Part shown: positions 9,082 through 19,226 of the stretch, one piece after another
Numbering within the stretch: the first letter of the stretch is position 1
How the letters are laid out: each line of letters starts with the position of its first letter
DNA from: Lentisphaeria bacterium
GTDB lineage: Bacteria > Verrucomicrobiota > Lentisphaeria > JABSQK01 > JAWLHB01
NCBI GenBank assembly: GCA_041690595.1
Contig: JAWLHB010000010.1
Coordinates: 1 to 64,000, forward strand
Length of the DNA: 64,000 bases
Direction of reading: 5' to 3'
Position numbers and translations under genes: made by a program
The notes under the pieces: generated by a model
What the model was told of the DNA's origin: nothing
Databases searched by the model: none
What the model saw: the letters and a program-made list of their open reading frames with translations, nothing else

Positions 9082-10809
9082 ATGGACGAGTACCAGGATC
9101 TTCTTGAGGCTGTCGCGAACCGAAACCAGAGTGTTTATCAGCGGCGACGACTCCTCGACAGACTCGTGGCGGAAGAGGCGGATGGGACCGCCGATGCCCT
9201 TCGTCTGCTCCTGCGCGACGACGACCGCTATTTTCGCCGGGATGTCGTAACCGCACTGGCAAAGCTGACCGCGCCGGCTGCCGTCGATGCTCTCATGGTC
9301 GCATGTGACGATGAAGACGAGTATGTGCGGCGCGATGCCGTGGAAGCACTGGCCGAGCGCGGCGACGGCCGCTGCATACGTAAACTGGAGGCCATGGCTG
9401 ACGACTCGTATTATGGTGTGCGCGAAGCCGTCAAGACGACCCTGACACGCCTGCGCGAGCGGGGGGAGGTGATGCCGGCGGATGCATCAGCGGATACGCC
9501 CGCGCCTGTCGCCAATCGCCGGCAAGAGCCGGTGCGAATTCCCGCCAGTCAGGACATCCCCGGCCTGAAAGACGAGGAGACGACCAAACCAACTCCTGAT
9601 GCCCCGCGGCTGGAGAGATCCACGGCTCCGCCTCCCGCACCCGGCCTGGAGGGTGGGGCGCTCTTTCATCTCGATCTCAGCAGAGCGCCCGACTGGCAGC
9701 GCATGCCCCGCCTCAAAAGCTTCTTCGGCGACCGGCTCGACGCGGCCCGAACTCTCTATGAGCGGCTGCGCGCTGTGCAACTGCGCCTCCCCCAACTGGC
9801 TGAGAGTATCCAGGGCACACTGGCCGAGCTGACTTGGCATCGGGCCGACCTGGAAGACGATCTTGCCGACTGCAAACGGCGCATGGCGGAAACAGTGACC
9901 AAGCGGCAGGAGGCCGAAGTGCATGAGCGCACCGCCCGCGTGACGCTGGCCGCGGAGCAGAGCCGAGGCGCTGCCTGGTGGTTTCGCGCTCTCTCCAGCA
10001 TACACTCCCGCATGGCGGTCGACCATGGAATCCGTATTGCCGAATTCGAAGAGGAGCTGAAGTGCGCCGTGGCCGATGTGGACGAAGCTCGCCAGGCCGT
10101 GGCGGCACTGGAGACGGAGACGCAGCGTCTGGCCGAGCCGATCGAGAAGCGCCGCGAAGCACTGAAAGCGCAACAGGATACCCACACCGGACTGGCTGAC
10201 GAGTTGATGGCCGCCGATTCCGCCATCGATCTCCTGGTGCTCGACATCTTTCTGCGGACTCCGGAACTGGAGATTGACAGCCGCTTGGCCCCTCTTCTTG
10301 CCAATGCCGCCAATCCCACCTTCTTCAGGCAGGGAAAAGAGCATCTGTTGCGCCTGCTGGCGGAACTCAAGCAGGCACGGCGCCAACTCGTTATCGCCGA
10401 AGCAGAGGATGACAAGGGTGAAGGAGCCGTTCGCGATGCTCTCGATGCGCTCGGCAAAGAAATAACGGACGCCTTTCAGCTCGGTGAGCGGGAAGTGTCC
10501 GTGGTGACGCGGCTGCATGGACAGGTGGAATTCAGCCGGGGGCCACTCTCCATAGGTGTCGCTGGAACCGGAGTGGCGACGGGAAAAGCCAAGGCCACCT
10601 TTATGGTGACCGAGGTCGAATGGCGGGCTCCAGCGGAACTCGAGCCACGCATCGTCGCCTGTTCGGAAGCCTGGCGCGAGCTGGGGAAGCGTGCCACCAA
10701 CGCCAGGGCAGCCATCGCCGGCCGTGATGCCGCCAGGCGCAAGCTCCTCGAATGGATCCGCTTCGTACGCCTCGAACTGGAGCGCGATTTTGCGGAGAGC
10801 AAACCATGA
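9082..10809 (+). CDS. HEAT-repeat protein with Pro-rich linker and long coiled-coil domain
   Basis: Repeats LRDDDRYFRRDVVTAL, DDEDEYVRRDAVEAL, DDSYYGVREAV, then a ~370-aa helical region; GAGGTG RBS. Confidence 0.8.
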   Translation: MDEYQDLLEAVANRNQSVYQRRRLLDRLVAEEADGTADALRLLLRDDDRYFRRDVVTALAKLTAPAAVDALMVACDDEDEYVRRDAVEALAERGDGRCIRKLEAMADDSYYGVREAVKTTLTRLRERGEVMPADASADTPAPVANRRQEPVRIPASQDIPGLKDEETTKPTPDAPRLERSTAPPPAPGLEGGALFHLDLSRAPDWQRMPRLKSFFGDRLDAARTLYERLRAVQLRLPQLAESIQGTLAELTWHRADLEDDLADCKRRMAETVTKRQEAEVHERTARVTLAAEQSRGAAWWFRALSSIHSRMAVDHGIRIAEFEEELKCAVADVDEARQAVAALETETQRLAEPIEKRREALKAQQDTHTGLADELMAADSAIDLLVLDIFLRTPELEIDSRLAPLLANAANPTFFRQGKEHLLRLLAELKQARRQLVIAEAEDDKGEGAVRDALDALGKEITDAFQLGEREVSVVTRLHGQVEFSRGPLSIGVAGTGVATGKAKATFMVTEVEWRAPAELEPRIVACSEAWRELGKRATNARAAIAGRDAARRKLLEWIRFVRLELERDFAESKP

Positions 10810-11957
10810 GCTGCCCACCCAGATTGATCCGATTCTTTGGCGCCGACGTGTGCGGTGTGCTCGCCACCTGGCGCGCCCTCCAACAGAGTCGTCAACTCCT
10901 GACGGCGGTGCGGCGGGACAAGGATGCGCTGCAACGTGAGTTCGAGACCATGGCGGCTCGGGACCAGGGAGGCGTGACAGAGCTGCAGGACGCACTGAAA
11001 CTCAGCGCCGAAAAAGAACTGGCGGCGCGAGAGCGACTCGGTGTACTTGAGCAGGAGATTGCCGGGCTCCAACACTCCATCTCCACCCCCACGCGACGCT
11101 TTGGACTCAGCATGACCAGCATGTTCGACAAGCGTAACCTCTCCGTGCCCCAGATCATGCTCCAGATCCGACAGCGGGAAGGAAAGCTCGGTGAGCTGCG
11201 CGAGAAACTGCGCAAAGCCGAAATCCGCGTTCGCAACCAACGCGATCAGCTTCAGAAGCTGGCAAACCCTTTGGATAGCCTGCGCTTCGCCATCGACTTC
11301 TGTGCCGAGCGCGAAGCAGCGGAAGTCGACACCCAGGAGCGACTGCAGAGGCAACTGGAAGAGGCTGTCCTGCACACTGCCCGCGATAATTCCGTTCACA
11401 TGCTGATGACCAAGGCGCATTCCCTCGCTGAGTTCTGCGACAGCGAAAAGCTGCTGCGCGACCTGATCGAGATGAAAGAAATCGACGTGGAGTTGCAGTC
11501 GCATCACGGGCTTCTGGAGGTGGAGGCGGACTCCGGCGAAGCAATCGGCCATGAGGCGCTTGCATGGGCCATCGTCCGCGGCTTTCGTCCCCATGATGGC
11601 GAGCTCAAAGGCACGGTGACCATCAGAGGTATAGCCACCCTTTCCGAGCGCAAGCGCTATCGCGATATACATGGGCACTCACGAACCCGCATCGTCCCGC
11701 GTCAAGTTGACGTCGATGAGGATTTTCGTGTCGCAGACGAGTTCACCACCACGAGGTGGCAAGCGACCGAAACGGCCGATGTTCTCGTACTCCTTGCAAG
11801 AGTCGCCTATCGAGACGGGAGGCGACAGGCAATCACCGAGCACCTCGCGCCCATGCTCACATCGCTCGGCCAACGTGCGCAACTCCTCTGTCGGGAGCTG
11901 TTGAGCACGCTTGAACATGATTTTTCTTCGGAACAAGAACCAAAGGACATGAGATGA
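10806..11957 (+). CDS. Hypothetical coiled-coil protein, apparent paralog of the C-terminal part of 9082..10809
   Basis: ATGA overlap with upstream stop; heptad-rich; shared motifs PRL..FFG, LA.P(I/L), LE.DF. Confidence 0.75.
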   Translation: MSCPPRLIRFFGADVCGVLATWRALQQSRQLLTAVRRDKDALQREFETMAARDQGGVTELQDALKLSAEKELAARERLGVLEQEIAGLQHSISTPTRRFGLSMTSMFDKRNLSVPQIMLQIRQREGKLGELREKLRKAEIRVRNQRDQLQKLANPLDSLRFAIDFCAEREAAEVDTQERLQRQLEEAVLHTARDNSVHMLMTKAHSLAEFCDSEKLLRDLIEMKEIDVELQSHHGLLEVEADSGEAIGHEALAWAIVRGFRPHDGELKGTVTIRGIATLSERKRYRDIHGHSRTRIVPRQVDVDEDFRVADEFTTTRWQATETADVLVLLARVAYRDGRRQAITEHLAPMLTSLGQRAQLLCRELLSTLEHDFSSEQEPKDMR

Positions 11958-12697
11958 ATGAGAAGATCCGTGATCACCGCAGTTCCGACTGGCAAAGCTA
12001 TACGATGGTCTACGCCGAGCCCCATCAGGAACTGGAGCCGGTGCGAAGAGAAGTACTGGTGGTCGAGCAGGCGCTGCGTTCCCTTCGGCAGGCGGGCATC
12101 CTGCCCCACATTATCTATGATCGGGAGAAAATGCTGGCCCATCGTCAAGCCGTCCGCGAGCTCTTCGAGATCCCATGGACCGCCATTACGCCCCGCCTGC
12201 AGCGTCTGCTCTATGCGATAAATGCGATTCACCAGCCGGCCAACCTGCTGGCGGCCGGCATCTTCTGCGGCAACACCTTCATCTCGAATGCAGGCGCCGC
12301 GATCGGGCCAGGCAGCTGCTATCGCGCCAACCGTCTCGTCGGTGTCGAAATCAAGCCCGAAGAAGCCGAGCGAGCCGCGCGAAACGTTGCCCGCATCGAT
12401 ACGCTCGGCGAGGCGCAAATCCTGGCTGCTGATGCGGTGCAGGTGGCGCGTGACTGGGAGGGCCCGATCGATCTTCTCTATCTGGATGCCGACGGCCAGG
12501 GCAAGCGCGTCTACCTCGACATTCTGGAAGCCGCTTATCCCAAGCTGAGTCCAGGGGCGCTGATCCTGGCGCACAACAGCATCAACGCGGCGGAACGGCT
12601 GTCGGAGTATCTCGCCTTTGTCCGGGACGAGAGCAAGTGCCAGGCCAGCGTCAACATCATGATCGATGGCGAAGGACTCGAGGTCAGTTGCCGGTAG
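11954..12697 (+). CDS. Class I SAM-dependent methyltransferase (O-MTase/Methyltransf_24-like)
   Basis: LAAGIFCGNT, VGVEIKPE, GPIDLLYLDAD, LSPGALILAHN; ATGA overlap. Confidence 0.8.
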   Translation: MNEKIRDHRSSDWQSYTMVYAEPHQELEPVRREVLVVEQALRSLRQAGILPHIIYDREKMLAHRQAVRELFEIPWTAITPRLQRLLYAINAIHQPANLLAAGIFCGNTFISNAGAAIGPGSCYRANRLVGVEIKPEEAERAARNVARIDTLGEAQILAADAVQVARDWEGPIDLLYLDADGQGKRVYLDILEAAYPKLSPGALILAHNSINAAERLSEYLAFVRDESKCQASVNIMIDGEGLEVSCR

Positions 12698-12699
12698 CG

Positions 12700-14325
12700 C
12701 TACCCCGACTTCCCCAGTTCAGCACGCACCGACCTGTCAGCCCCGTCATCCGATCCGTCCGAGCCGTCCGATCCGTCCGATCCCTCGGGACCAGCCGCCT
12801 TGGCATGCAGCCGGCAGAAGGTAAAGTAAAGCGGAAAGAAGTTATCCACCCCGATCGGGATCTGCAGGACGGATTTCTCCTGGCCTTCCGCAAAAAGGTG
12901 GAAGACACCTTCATGCAGCGTATGGCCAGGGATCTCATGCCAGCTCAGACTGAGCGTCTCTCCCTTGCCGAAGAGCTTTGACTTGGTGAAGGTCAATCCG
13001 TCCTGCCCGAGCTGCGCGCGTGGCCCCCAATTGACGGATTGCCCCGCAAGGATCTGGTCATGAAACCTGGCTGCAAGCACAGCGCTGATATGGTCACGCA
13101 GGCTGTCGAGGTCGTCATCGGCATTACGGATCGTGGTGGAATACGAGATACGTGTGCTCTTGCCCCCTTCCGTGCCCCCAAAGGTCATGGCGAGCGCCGT
13201 GCCGATGTAACCGCCATTGTAGTATTGGCGGGTGGCGCTGTACTTGAAGAGGGTCATGTCACGATAGGCGATCGAACGCTGCCTGAAGAGCTTGCGGCGG
13301 CGCACGCCCCCCTCCCGGATGTCCAGATTTAAGCGCCACATTCGCACCCCGAGAAGCGCGGCCGCAACCCCCGGAATGATCATGAGCGACCAAGTCGAGA
13401 AGCTGCCGGCATGGATCTGTATCACCAGCCCGCCCGCAACCCCTGCCACACCAATGATAACAAGAAGCAAAGCGCCCAAGCGCGAGCAGGGACGGCGAAA
13501 AAGAATACGGCCAAAAGATGTATCGTCCGACTCCACGACAGGCTCATCACGGTCGATATCCTCCTTGACAAGAGAGAAGAAGACACAGGCGTTCGGCTGA
13601 TCCGGATCGAGGCGAAGAAAAGGCTCACTTTCCGCCTTTCGCCAGAAGCACAGCTTCTTGTCAAAAATCCCTACCGAGACGATCTCCGCCAAGGGAAACT
13701 GCAGGTTCCGGGTTCGAAGGATGCCCCGTTCGATGGTGATCTGTCTGCCCAGCATCAGTCGCTTGCCGCTGGCGATCTGTCCTCGCATGCTTACGGTGAG
13801 GCTATCCAGAATCTTCTCGTTCATGGCGCCGAACACGCTGAGTGCGGGATCCTCGCTCTTGAATCTGCCGTCGATGATGCACGTCGCCCTCGGGTGTGTC
13901 AGGGGATCATGACGCCAGAGCCGTGTGCGCAGGTAGTGCCCTTTGAACAAGCCGTTGGCATAGAGGTTTTCCGATTGCAGCGATGCCGCCTGGATCTGGT
14001 CGAAGGGTATCCGCATCTGACGGCCACCACGGCTGAACACAATGCCCGACTCAAAGAGATCCAGCGTCAGGGGCCTGAAGAGATGGACGATCAGCGGCAA
14101 GAGCCTGAGCAGCAACAGGCTGCCAGCCGCAACAGCATAGATGAGCGTCCGGGTAGGCTGCATCTGGACGAATGCGTGGATCGCCAGGCCGATAGCAACT
14201 GCCACACCGATCAGGAGGAGAATGCCGGCGCTCCCCATGGAGGGCGCTTTACCTTTGAACCGGATCGGTCCCGCAACATGTTCCCCGATATGCGTTGTTG
14301 CCACTCGAAGTCCTCCACTTGCCAT
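12700..14325 (-). CDS. Hypothetical membrane protein with two-fold internal repeat (TM hairpin plus beta-rich domains)
   Basis: Two TM hairpins each followed by similar segments (LDLFESGI/LDIREGGV; LYANGLFKG/QYYNGGYIG; PDQPNACVF/IGVDNFFPL). Confidence 0.75.
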   Translation of the reverse strand: MASGGLRVATTHIGEHVAGPIRFKGKAPSMGSAGILLLIGVAVAIGLAIHAFVQMQPTRTLIYAVAAGSLLLLRLLPLIVHLFRPLTLDLFESGIVFSRGGRQMRIPFDQIQAASLQSENLYANGLFKGHYLRTRLWRHDPLTHPRATCIIDGRFKSEDPALSVFGAMNEKILDSLTVSMRGQIASGKRLMLGRQITIERGILRTRNLQFPLAEIVSVGIFDKKLCFWRKAESEPFLRLDPDQPNACVFFSLVKEDIDRDEPVVESDDTSFGRILFRRPCSRLGALLLVIIGVAGVAGGLVIQIHAGSFSTWSLMIIPGVAAALLGVRMWRLNLDIREGGVRRRKLFRQRSIAYRDMTLFKYSATRQYYNGGYIGTALAMTFGGTEGGKSTRISYSTTIRNADDDLDSLRDHISAVLAARFHDQILAGQSVNWGPRAQLGQDGLTFTKSKLFGKGETLSLSWHEIPGHTLHEGVFHLFAEGQEKSVLQIPIGVDNFFPLYFTFCRLHAKAAGPEGSDGSDGSDGSDDGADRSVRAELGKSG

Positions 14326-14405
14326 GAAACGTCAAGCACGTCCAGGCAGAAGTCTGCCTTGACAGGGAGAATAGCGTCTCAGCCCGCAACTTTCCACCAC
14401 GAAAT

Positions 14406-15176
14406 CTAACGCACGGCCACTTTTTTCAGGCTTTTCAGGGCCGTGTCCAGATGCGTGAAATAGATGCTGATGATGTCGTCGTTCAGGCCGAGCGGCCCAG
14501 AACAGGTGACTCGGTGGACACCCACATCGCTCTTCCAGGAATGATCGCCATCGCCCAGCACATCATTGCCGATATGGCTGCCCGCCACGAGCATCAGCGG
14601 CACGAAGTGCACCGCGTCGACAGCCGCCGCCGCGCTCTTGATCTCCTGCAACGGCGCCCGACCCGGCATCCCTTCGAGGCTCGCCACCACCACATTCTTG
14701 AAGCGCTGCCGAAGACGGACGTCAAGCAGTATGTTCTGCTCGTTGTACGCCGGGAACCGGTCATTGCCGTGTGCGACCACCACATTGGGAATATCCGGCT
14801 CGAAGCTTTCCGCCATGGCATCGATCACCGTATCCAGATCCGACTCCTGGGAGAGGAGCGGAGTACCTACCGCGACATCCATGCCAAGATGATCCAGCTC
14901 TTCCAGATGGGCGTATTCCTCACCGGGAACCACATGAAAAGATTGAATCACCACCTGGTCATGACCGGCTGCCCGCAACCGCGCCAGAGCTTCCTGAGGA
15001 CTCAGAACGGGTTGCTCATGCTTCTCCATGTGCCGTCGTACCGAGCTGGCGGTGAAGCCCCAGATCACCTCATGACCCATATAACGCACGCGGGCGCGGC
15101 TCTCCAGATGGTCATAGACCCGCCGTGCTTTGGGCATGATCGTGCCGAAAGCGACGAGAATGATGGGTGGCTTCAT
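14406..15176 (-). CDS. cbiK: Sirohydrochlorin cobaltochelatase
   Basis: ILVAFGT, FTASSVR, HVVPGEEY, AHG, PLMLVAGSHIGND. Confidence 0.88.
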   Translation of the reverse strand: MKPPIILVAFGTIMPKARRVYDHLESRARVRYMGHEVIWGFTASSVRRHMEKHEQPVLSPQEALARLRAAGHDQVVIQSFHVVPGEEYAHLEELDHLGMDVAVGTPLLSQESDLDTVIDAMAESFEPDIPNVVVAHGNDRFPAYNEQNILLDVRLRQRFKNVVVASLEGMPGRAPLQEIKSAAAAVDAVHFVPLMLVAGSHIGNDVLGDGDHSWKSDVGVHRVTCSGPLGLNDDIISIYFTHLDTALKSLKKVAVR

Positions 15177-15281
15177 GGGGTCTCCGTACTGGTTCTTCCG
15201 TTAGGCAACAACGAGCCTTTACAGTAGCAGCCCTTTGCCCATACTTCCAGTCAGACCGACACATTCAGCCGCGCCCTCGCC

Positions 15282-16499
15282 TCAGGAGGCGGGGAAACGA
15301 TCGTAGTCACGCAGATCGATGCGCTTCCCTGGACGCGTCCACGGGAACGCTTTGCGCTCAGCCGGCAACTGCTCGTCATCGAAGCACGACTGCCAGGCTT
15401 CATGCAGACCCTGCACATAAAGCAGCTGCTCTCCGGATCCGCCTACGCGATGGATCATTTCCGGCGGAACGGCCACCGGCTCAACGATCGATTCCTGCAG
15501 GCCATTGACCACGAGAGTATGGGATGCCGCGGCCAGCGCATTGCACCGAATCGGCCCCTCGCCGCGCGCGGCCTTCACGGCCTGCGCGAACTTCCCCTGC
15601 TGGTCGAGGTTTGGCGTGCCGTAGCTCTTGCGCGAGCCGTCCGTGAAGACCGCCGTGAACTCCGCATCGGCGGTGGCGGCGTCGATCCGCACCGTCGCAT
15701 TTGAAAACCGATACTCCGCGACAGGTCCAATCTGCTCGCTCACGCAATGGGCCGTGTAGAAGAGGATCGGGACACCGCTCTGCGTGGTGCAGCGCAGGGC
15801 GGCAGCATCGTAATTCTGGATGGGATTGGCGCGATAGGCCTCGCCAATGACGTCGCGGGGTAGGGCACTGGTGCATTCGCTCTCCCCAAGAACGTAGAGC
15901 ATGTTGTGAAGGTAGTGCGCGGTCGCATTGTTGACGGGGCTGTCAAGCACCCAGCTCCCATCGGCCGCACGCAGCGCCCCAGCCCAGTTGCTCCGCTTGA
16001 AATAGCTCTCCTGCCGGGGCCAGCAGACAAGGGTCTTGAGCAACTCCGGCGTGCCGAGCGTACCGTTGAGGATGTCCGCCTTCAGCCGGTGCACCGAATC
16101 CGAAAAGGACCACTGGTAGCCGATCGCCACAAACTTGCCTGCCCTGTCGGCGGTCTCCTGCATCTGCCTGGCTTCCTGAATGGTGGCCGCCACCGGTTTC
16201 TCACAGAGTACGTTGGCGCCGCGTTCAAGCGCCTGACAGCTCTGGCGGCAGTGCCATTGGATGGGGGAAGAAATGATGACCAGGTCAGCGGTATGCTCGG
16301 CAAAGAAGGAATCGAGGTCGCTGTAGATGGGGATCTGGCGATCCTTGATCGCCTGAAGATAGGTGCATTTCTCCGGAGAGACATCGATTACCCCCACAAG
16401 CTGAATAGAATCGTCCGTGGGTTCGTCGAAGAAGTAGCGCAGGTATGAACTGCCATAGCCACAGATGCCAACCAGTGCTATCTTAACGCTTCCAAACAT
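15282..16499 (-). CDS. Gfo/Idh/MocA family oxidoreductase
   Basis: LVGICGYG, NVLCEKP, IGYQ, NATAHY; GAGGGAG RBS. Confidence 0.9.
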   Translation of the reverse strand: MFGSVKIALVGICGYGSSYLRYFFDEPTDDSIQLVGVIDVSPEKCTYLQAIKDRQIPIYSDLDSFFAEHTADLVIISSPIQWHCRQSCQALERGANVLCEKPVAATIQEARQMQETADRAGKFVAIGYQWSFSDSVHRLKADILNGTLGTPELLKTLVCWPRQESYFKRSNWAGALRAADGSWVLDSPVNNATAHYLHNMLYVLGESECTSALPRDVIGEAYRANPIQNYDAAALRCTTQSGVPILFYTAHCVSEQIGPVAEYRFSNATVRIDAATADAEFTAVFTDGSRKSYGTPNLDQQGKFAQAVKAARGEGPIRCNALAAASHTLVVNGLQESIVEPVAVPPEMIHRVGGSGEQLLYVQGLHEAWQSCFDDEQLPAERKAFPWTRPGKRIDLRDYDRFPAS

Positions 16500-16715
16500 G
16501 AGAACTCCCTCATTTTCAGGCTGGATGGCCTGTTTAATTCCGAGCAGACGGGTGAGCGCTCGCCATGGATGCGGGCGCCAGTGCAAAAATAAGAATGCCC
16601 CCGCAGAGCCAGTTTTGCAACTGGGATTTCATCCTTTGGGGAACCTTTACCCTGAAGCAGTATCCATACATGAGAAGTATCAGACGATGCGGAACGACAA
16701 GGAATCGGTAGGATA

Positions 16716-17756
16716 ATGATCAAGTTTGCGCAACAGGGTGTCGTCCTTGTCTTCCTCCTCTGCCTCACTCGGAGTGGGACGGCCATCGCCGGGAACGAGG
16801 AAGCAGAGCAGGGACCGCCGCAAATCTCCGCCTATATCGACTATGCGCGTACCACGGCGGCACTTGTCGATGGGGTCATGAGTGACGATCTGCACAAGCG
16901 GCGCGGATCCTATGCCCATGCTGTCGACGTTTTTCGGCAGACGTGCCGGGAGCGTGGCAGGAAAAAGGAGATTGACCGCGGCCTCGCCGCCAGTGCCTAT
17001 GACATCGCCGGCATCCTCCTGGACGTTCTCGACGAGTGGGAGGATTACCAGCAGAATCTGGAACGCGTGCGCAACGACAAGACCTTGCTCAAGACTGCCG
17101 ATGCCGAGCGCAACCGCAAGGAACGCGATGAACGCATCGCCCGCAAGACGCAGAATCTCGAGAACCTCTGGAAGCAGTATATCAGGGAAAAGGAGCTGCT
17201 GATTCAGCCGTTCAAGGCCAAGCTGGACAGCCTTCAGGAGAAGCTCGATGGTGCTATCCAGGAGCGGCAGGTGCTGGTTCAAACCAAGGACACTCCACCA
17301 ATCGCCGCCGCGCGCGAGGAGAAAACAGAGCCTCCCCCCAGGCAGGAAAAGGAGGAGACCGCGGAGCCGCCCGCGGCCGACCCGCCCGCCGTCAGAATGG
17401 GAGACGAGCTGAAGACTCCGGAGCATCTGCTGCCGGTGGTCAAGGAGCTTGCCCAATGGTTGTCCATGCAGCAGCGGCGCGTCGGCGGACAACTTGCCAG
17501 CCGGATGTATGCCATGAACACCGGCAACCGCTGTTACCTCTACATACAGATGACGGATGTCTTCAGCCAGAATGTTGGCCATGCCGACAAGCTGCAGTTC
17601 GGCACCAGCGTCCAGCATTTCTGGGCGATGAAGTGTACCCAGTACAGAAAGGTCGGCAGCGAGCGCCATGCCCATATCATCATGGTCGACGCCCAGGACA
17701 ATGTCCTGGTAGCCTCCGATTCGACCGATGCAACCCTGATCCGCGTCATCCGCTGA
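16716..17756 (+). CDS. Hypothetical exported protein (signal peptide, coiled coil, Pro/Glu linker, small C-terminal domain)
   Basis: Hydrophobic N-terminus ending AIA; AGGA RBS; plausible composition. Confidence 0.7.
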   Translation: MIKFAQQGVVLVFLLCLTRSGTAIAGNEEAEQGPPQISAYIDYARTTAALVDGVMSDDLHKRRGSYAHAVDVFRQTCRERGRKKEIDRGLAASAYDIAGILLDVLDEWEDYQQNLERVRNDKTLLKTADAERNRKERDERIARKTQNLENLWKQYIREKELLIQPFKAKLDSLQEKLDGAIQERQVLVQTKDTPPIAAAREEKTEPPPRQEKEETAEPPAADPPAVRMGDELKTPEHLLPVVKELAQWLSMQQRRVGGQLASRMYAMNTGNRCYLYIQMTDVFSQNVGHADKLQFGTSVQHFWAMKCTQYRKVGSERHAHIIMVDAQDNVLVASDSTDATLIRVIR

Positions 17757-17760
17757 CCAC

Positions 17761-19161
17761 TCAGGTCACCCGCATCTCGCGCCAGGCACCGTTATGGAAA
17801 CGCCAGTAGAAGACCCCGCCAAGCGCAATGATGTAGACCGTCAGAATCGTCCAGATCGCGTAAATGCCCGCATCGAAGAGGATGATGGCGGCAAGGGAGG
17901 GCAGCACCAGCCCCACCAGGCTCATGCCGAGCATCAAGTGCATGACAAAGCGCGTGTCGCCAGCACCCTTGATGGCGGAAATGAAGATGATATTGAGCGC
18001 ATCGAAGACGCAGTAGACCGCCACGAAGCGGAGCAGCACGATCGTCAGCCGGCGTACTTCCGGCAGGGTGGTCGGATCGGCCTTCGCGGCAAAGGGATGA
18101 ATATAAAGGTCGGGTAGAAGAACATAGGTGGCCGCGATCACCGTCATGTAGATTGCCGTCAGGTGAAAGCCGGAGTAGACGCCATACTGCGCATTGTCGG
18201 GATCGTTGCTGCCCAGGCAGCGCCCCACCACCACCGATACCGCGATACCCATACCCATCATCGGCATGAACGCCAGCATGTTCACGTTGAACGCAAGCGT
18301 CGACGCTGCCAGCTCCACCGTGCCCAGACGTCCGATCAGCAGGATGAAGACCGAAAAACCGACTATGTCGACGAAGAACTGTATCCCCGAAGGCAGACCG
18401 AATTTCAGCAGCCTCCAGAATAGCACGGGGTTCGGGCGCCAGCCGCGGCGGACGTAGAAACGGGTATCGTGCTTGCGCTGACTCAGCATGATCATGAAGC
18501 AGATGCAGCTGAAGGTGCCGGCAATGACGGTCGCCAGCGCGGCCCCGGTGATTCCCAGCGCCGGCAAGCCGAAGCGACCGAAAATCAGCGCGTAGTCAAG
18601 GATGATGTTGACCAACGTGGCGGCAAGGCTGACCCACATGATCGGTGCGGTGCGCCCCAAACCGGTATAGAAGCTGTCTAACGAGCAGGCGAGGAGGGTC
18701 GGTACCGCCCCCAGGCACAGAATGCGGAAGTAGATGACCTCTTCCGCCTGCACCGCGGCTTCATGCCCCACGAGCGCGAAGAGTGCCGGGCTGACGAACC
18801 AGAGCAGCATGATCAGAAATCCACTGACAACGGCCACGTAGATGGATTGCCAGAGGACTGGCCCCACCTGATCGTCTCGCCCGCTGCCGAAATACTGCGC
18901 GATGAAGACGTTGACGTAACGCACCGTCCCCATCGCCAGGCTCACAACCGTAAAAAAGAGCACACCCGCCGACATCGAAGCCCCCACCGAAACGTCCGAA
19001 TGCCAGAAGAGGAACATGCGGTCGACGAAATGCTGTATCGAGAAGGCGCTCGTCGTAACTACCAGCGGCCCAGCGATCACCAGCAGCTCCCGATAGCCGC
19101 AAGTACTCGACCAACGCTTGGCGATGGATTGCGAAAATGACCGAAAGAATGGCATCGACAT
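17761..19161 (-). CDS. MATE family efflux transporter
   Basis: ~12 TM; FVDRMFL, NIILDYALIFGRFGLPALGITGAALAT, KGAGDT; start approximate. Confidence 0.92.
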   Translation of the reverse strand: MSMPFFRSFSQSIAKRWSSTCGYRELLVIAGPLVVTTSAFSIQHFVDRMFLFWHSDVSVGASMSAGVLFFTVVSLAMGTVRYVNVFIAQYFGSGRDDQVGPVLWQSIYVAVVSGFLIMLLWFVSPALFALVGHEAAVQAEEVIYFRILCLGAVPTLLACSLDSFYTGLGRTAPIMWVSLAATLVNIILDYALIFGRFGLPALGITGAALATVIAGTFSCICFMIMLSQRKHDTRFYVRRGWRPNPVLFWRLLKFGLPSGIQFFVDIVGFSVFILLIGRLGTVELAASTLAFNVNMLAFMPMMGMGIAVSVVVGRCLGSNDPDNAQYGVYSGFHLTAIYMTVIAATYVLLPDLYIHPFAAKADPTTLPEVRRLTIVLLRFVAVYCVFDALNIIFISAIKGAGDTRFVMHLMLGMSLVGLVLPSLAAIILFDAGIYAIWTILTVYIIALGGVFYWRFHNGAWREMRVT

Positions 19162-19226
19162 GTTCAGCTTGTCCCGACGGCATGAAAAAAAGCGCACCGG
19201 GATTGAAAGCCGCCAGTGCGCATGAA

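Noticed and set aside
15177..15281. Cobalamin riboswitch upstream of cbiK
   Set aside because: The gap is only ~105 bp and no B12-box motifs are recognisable.
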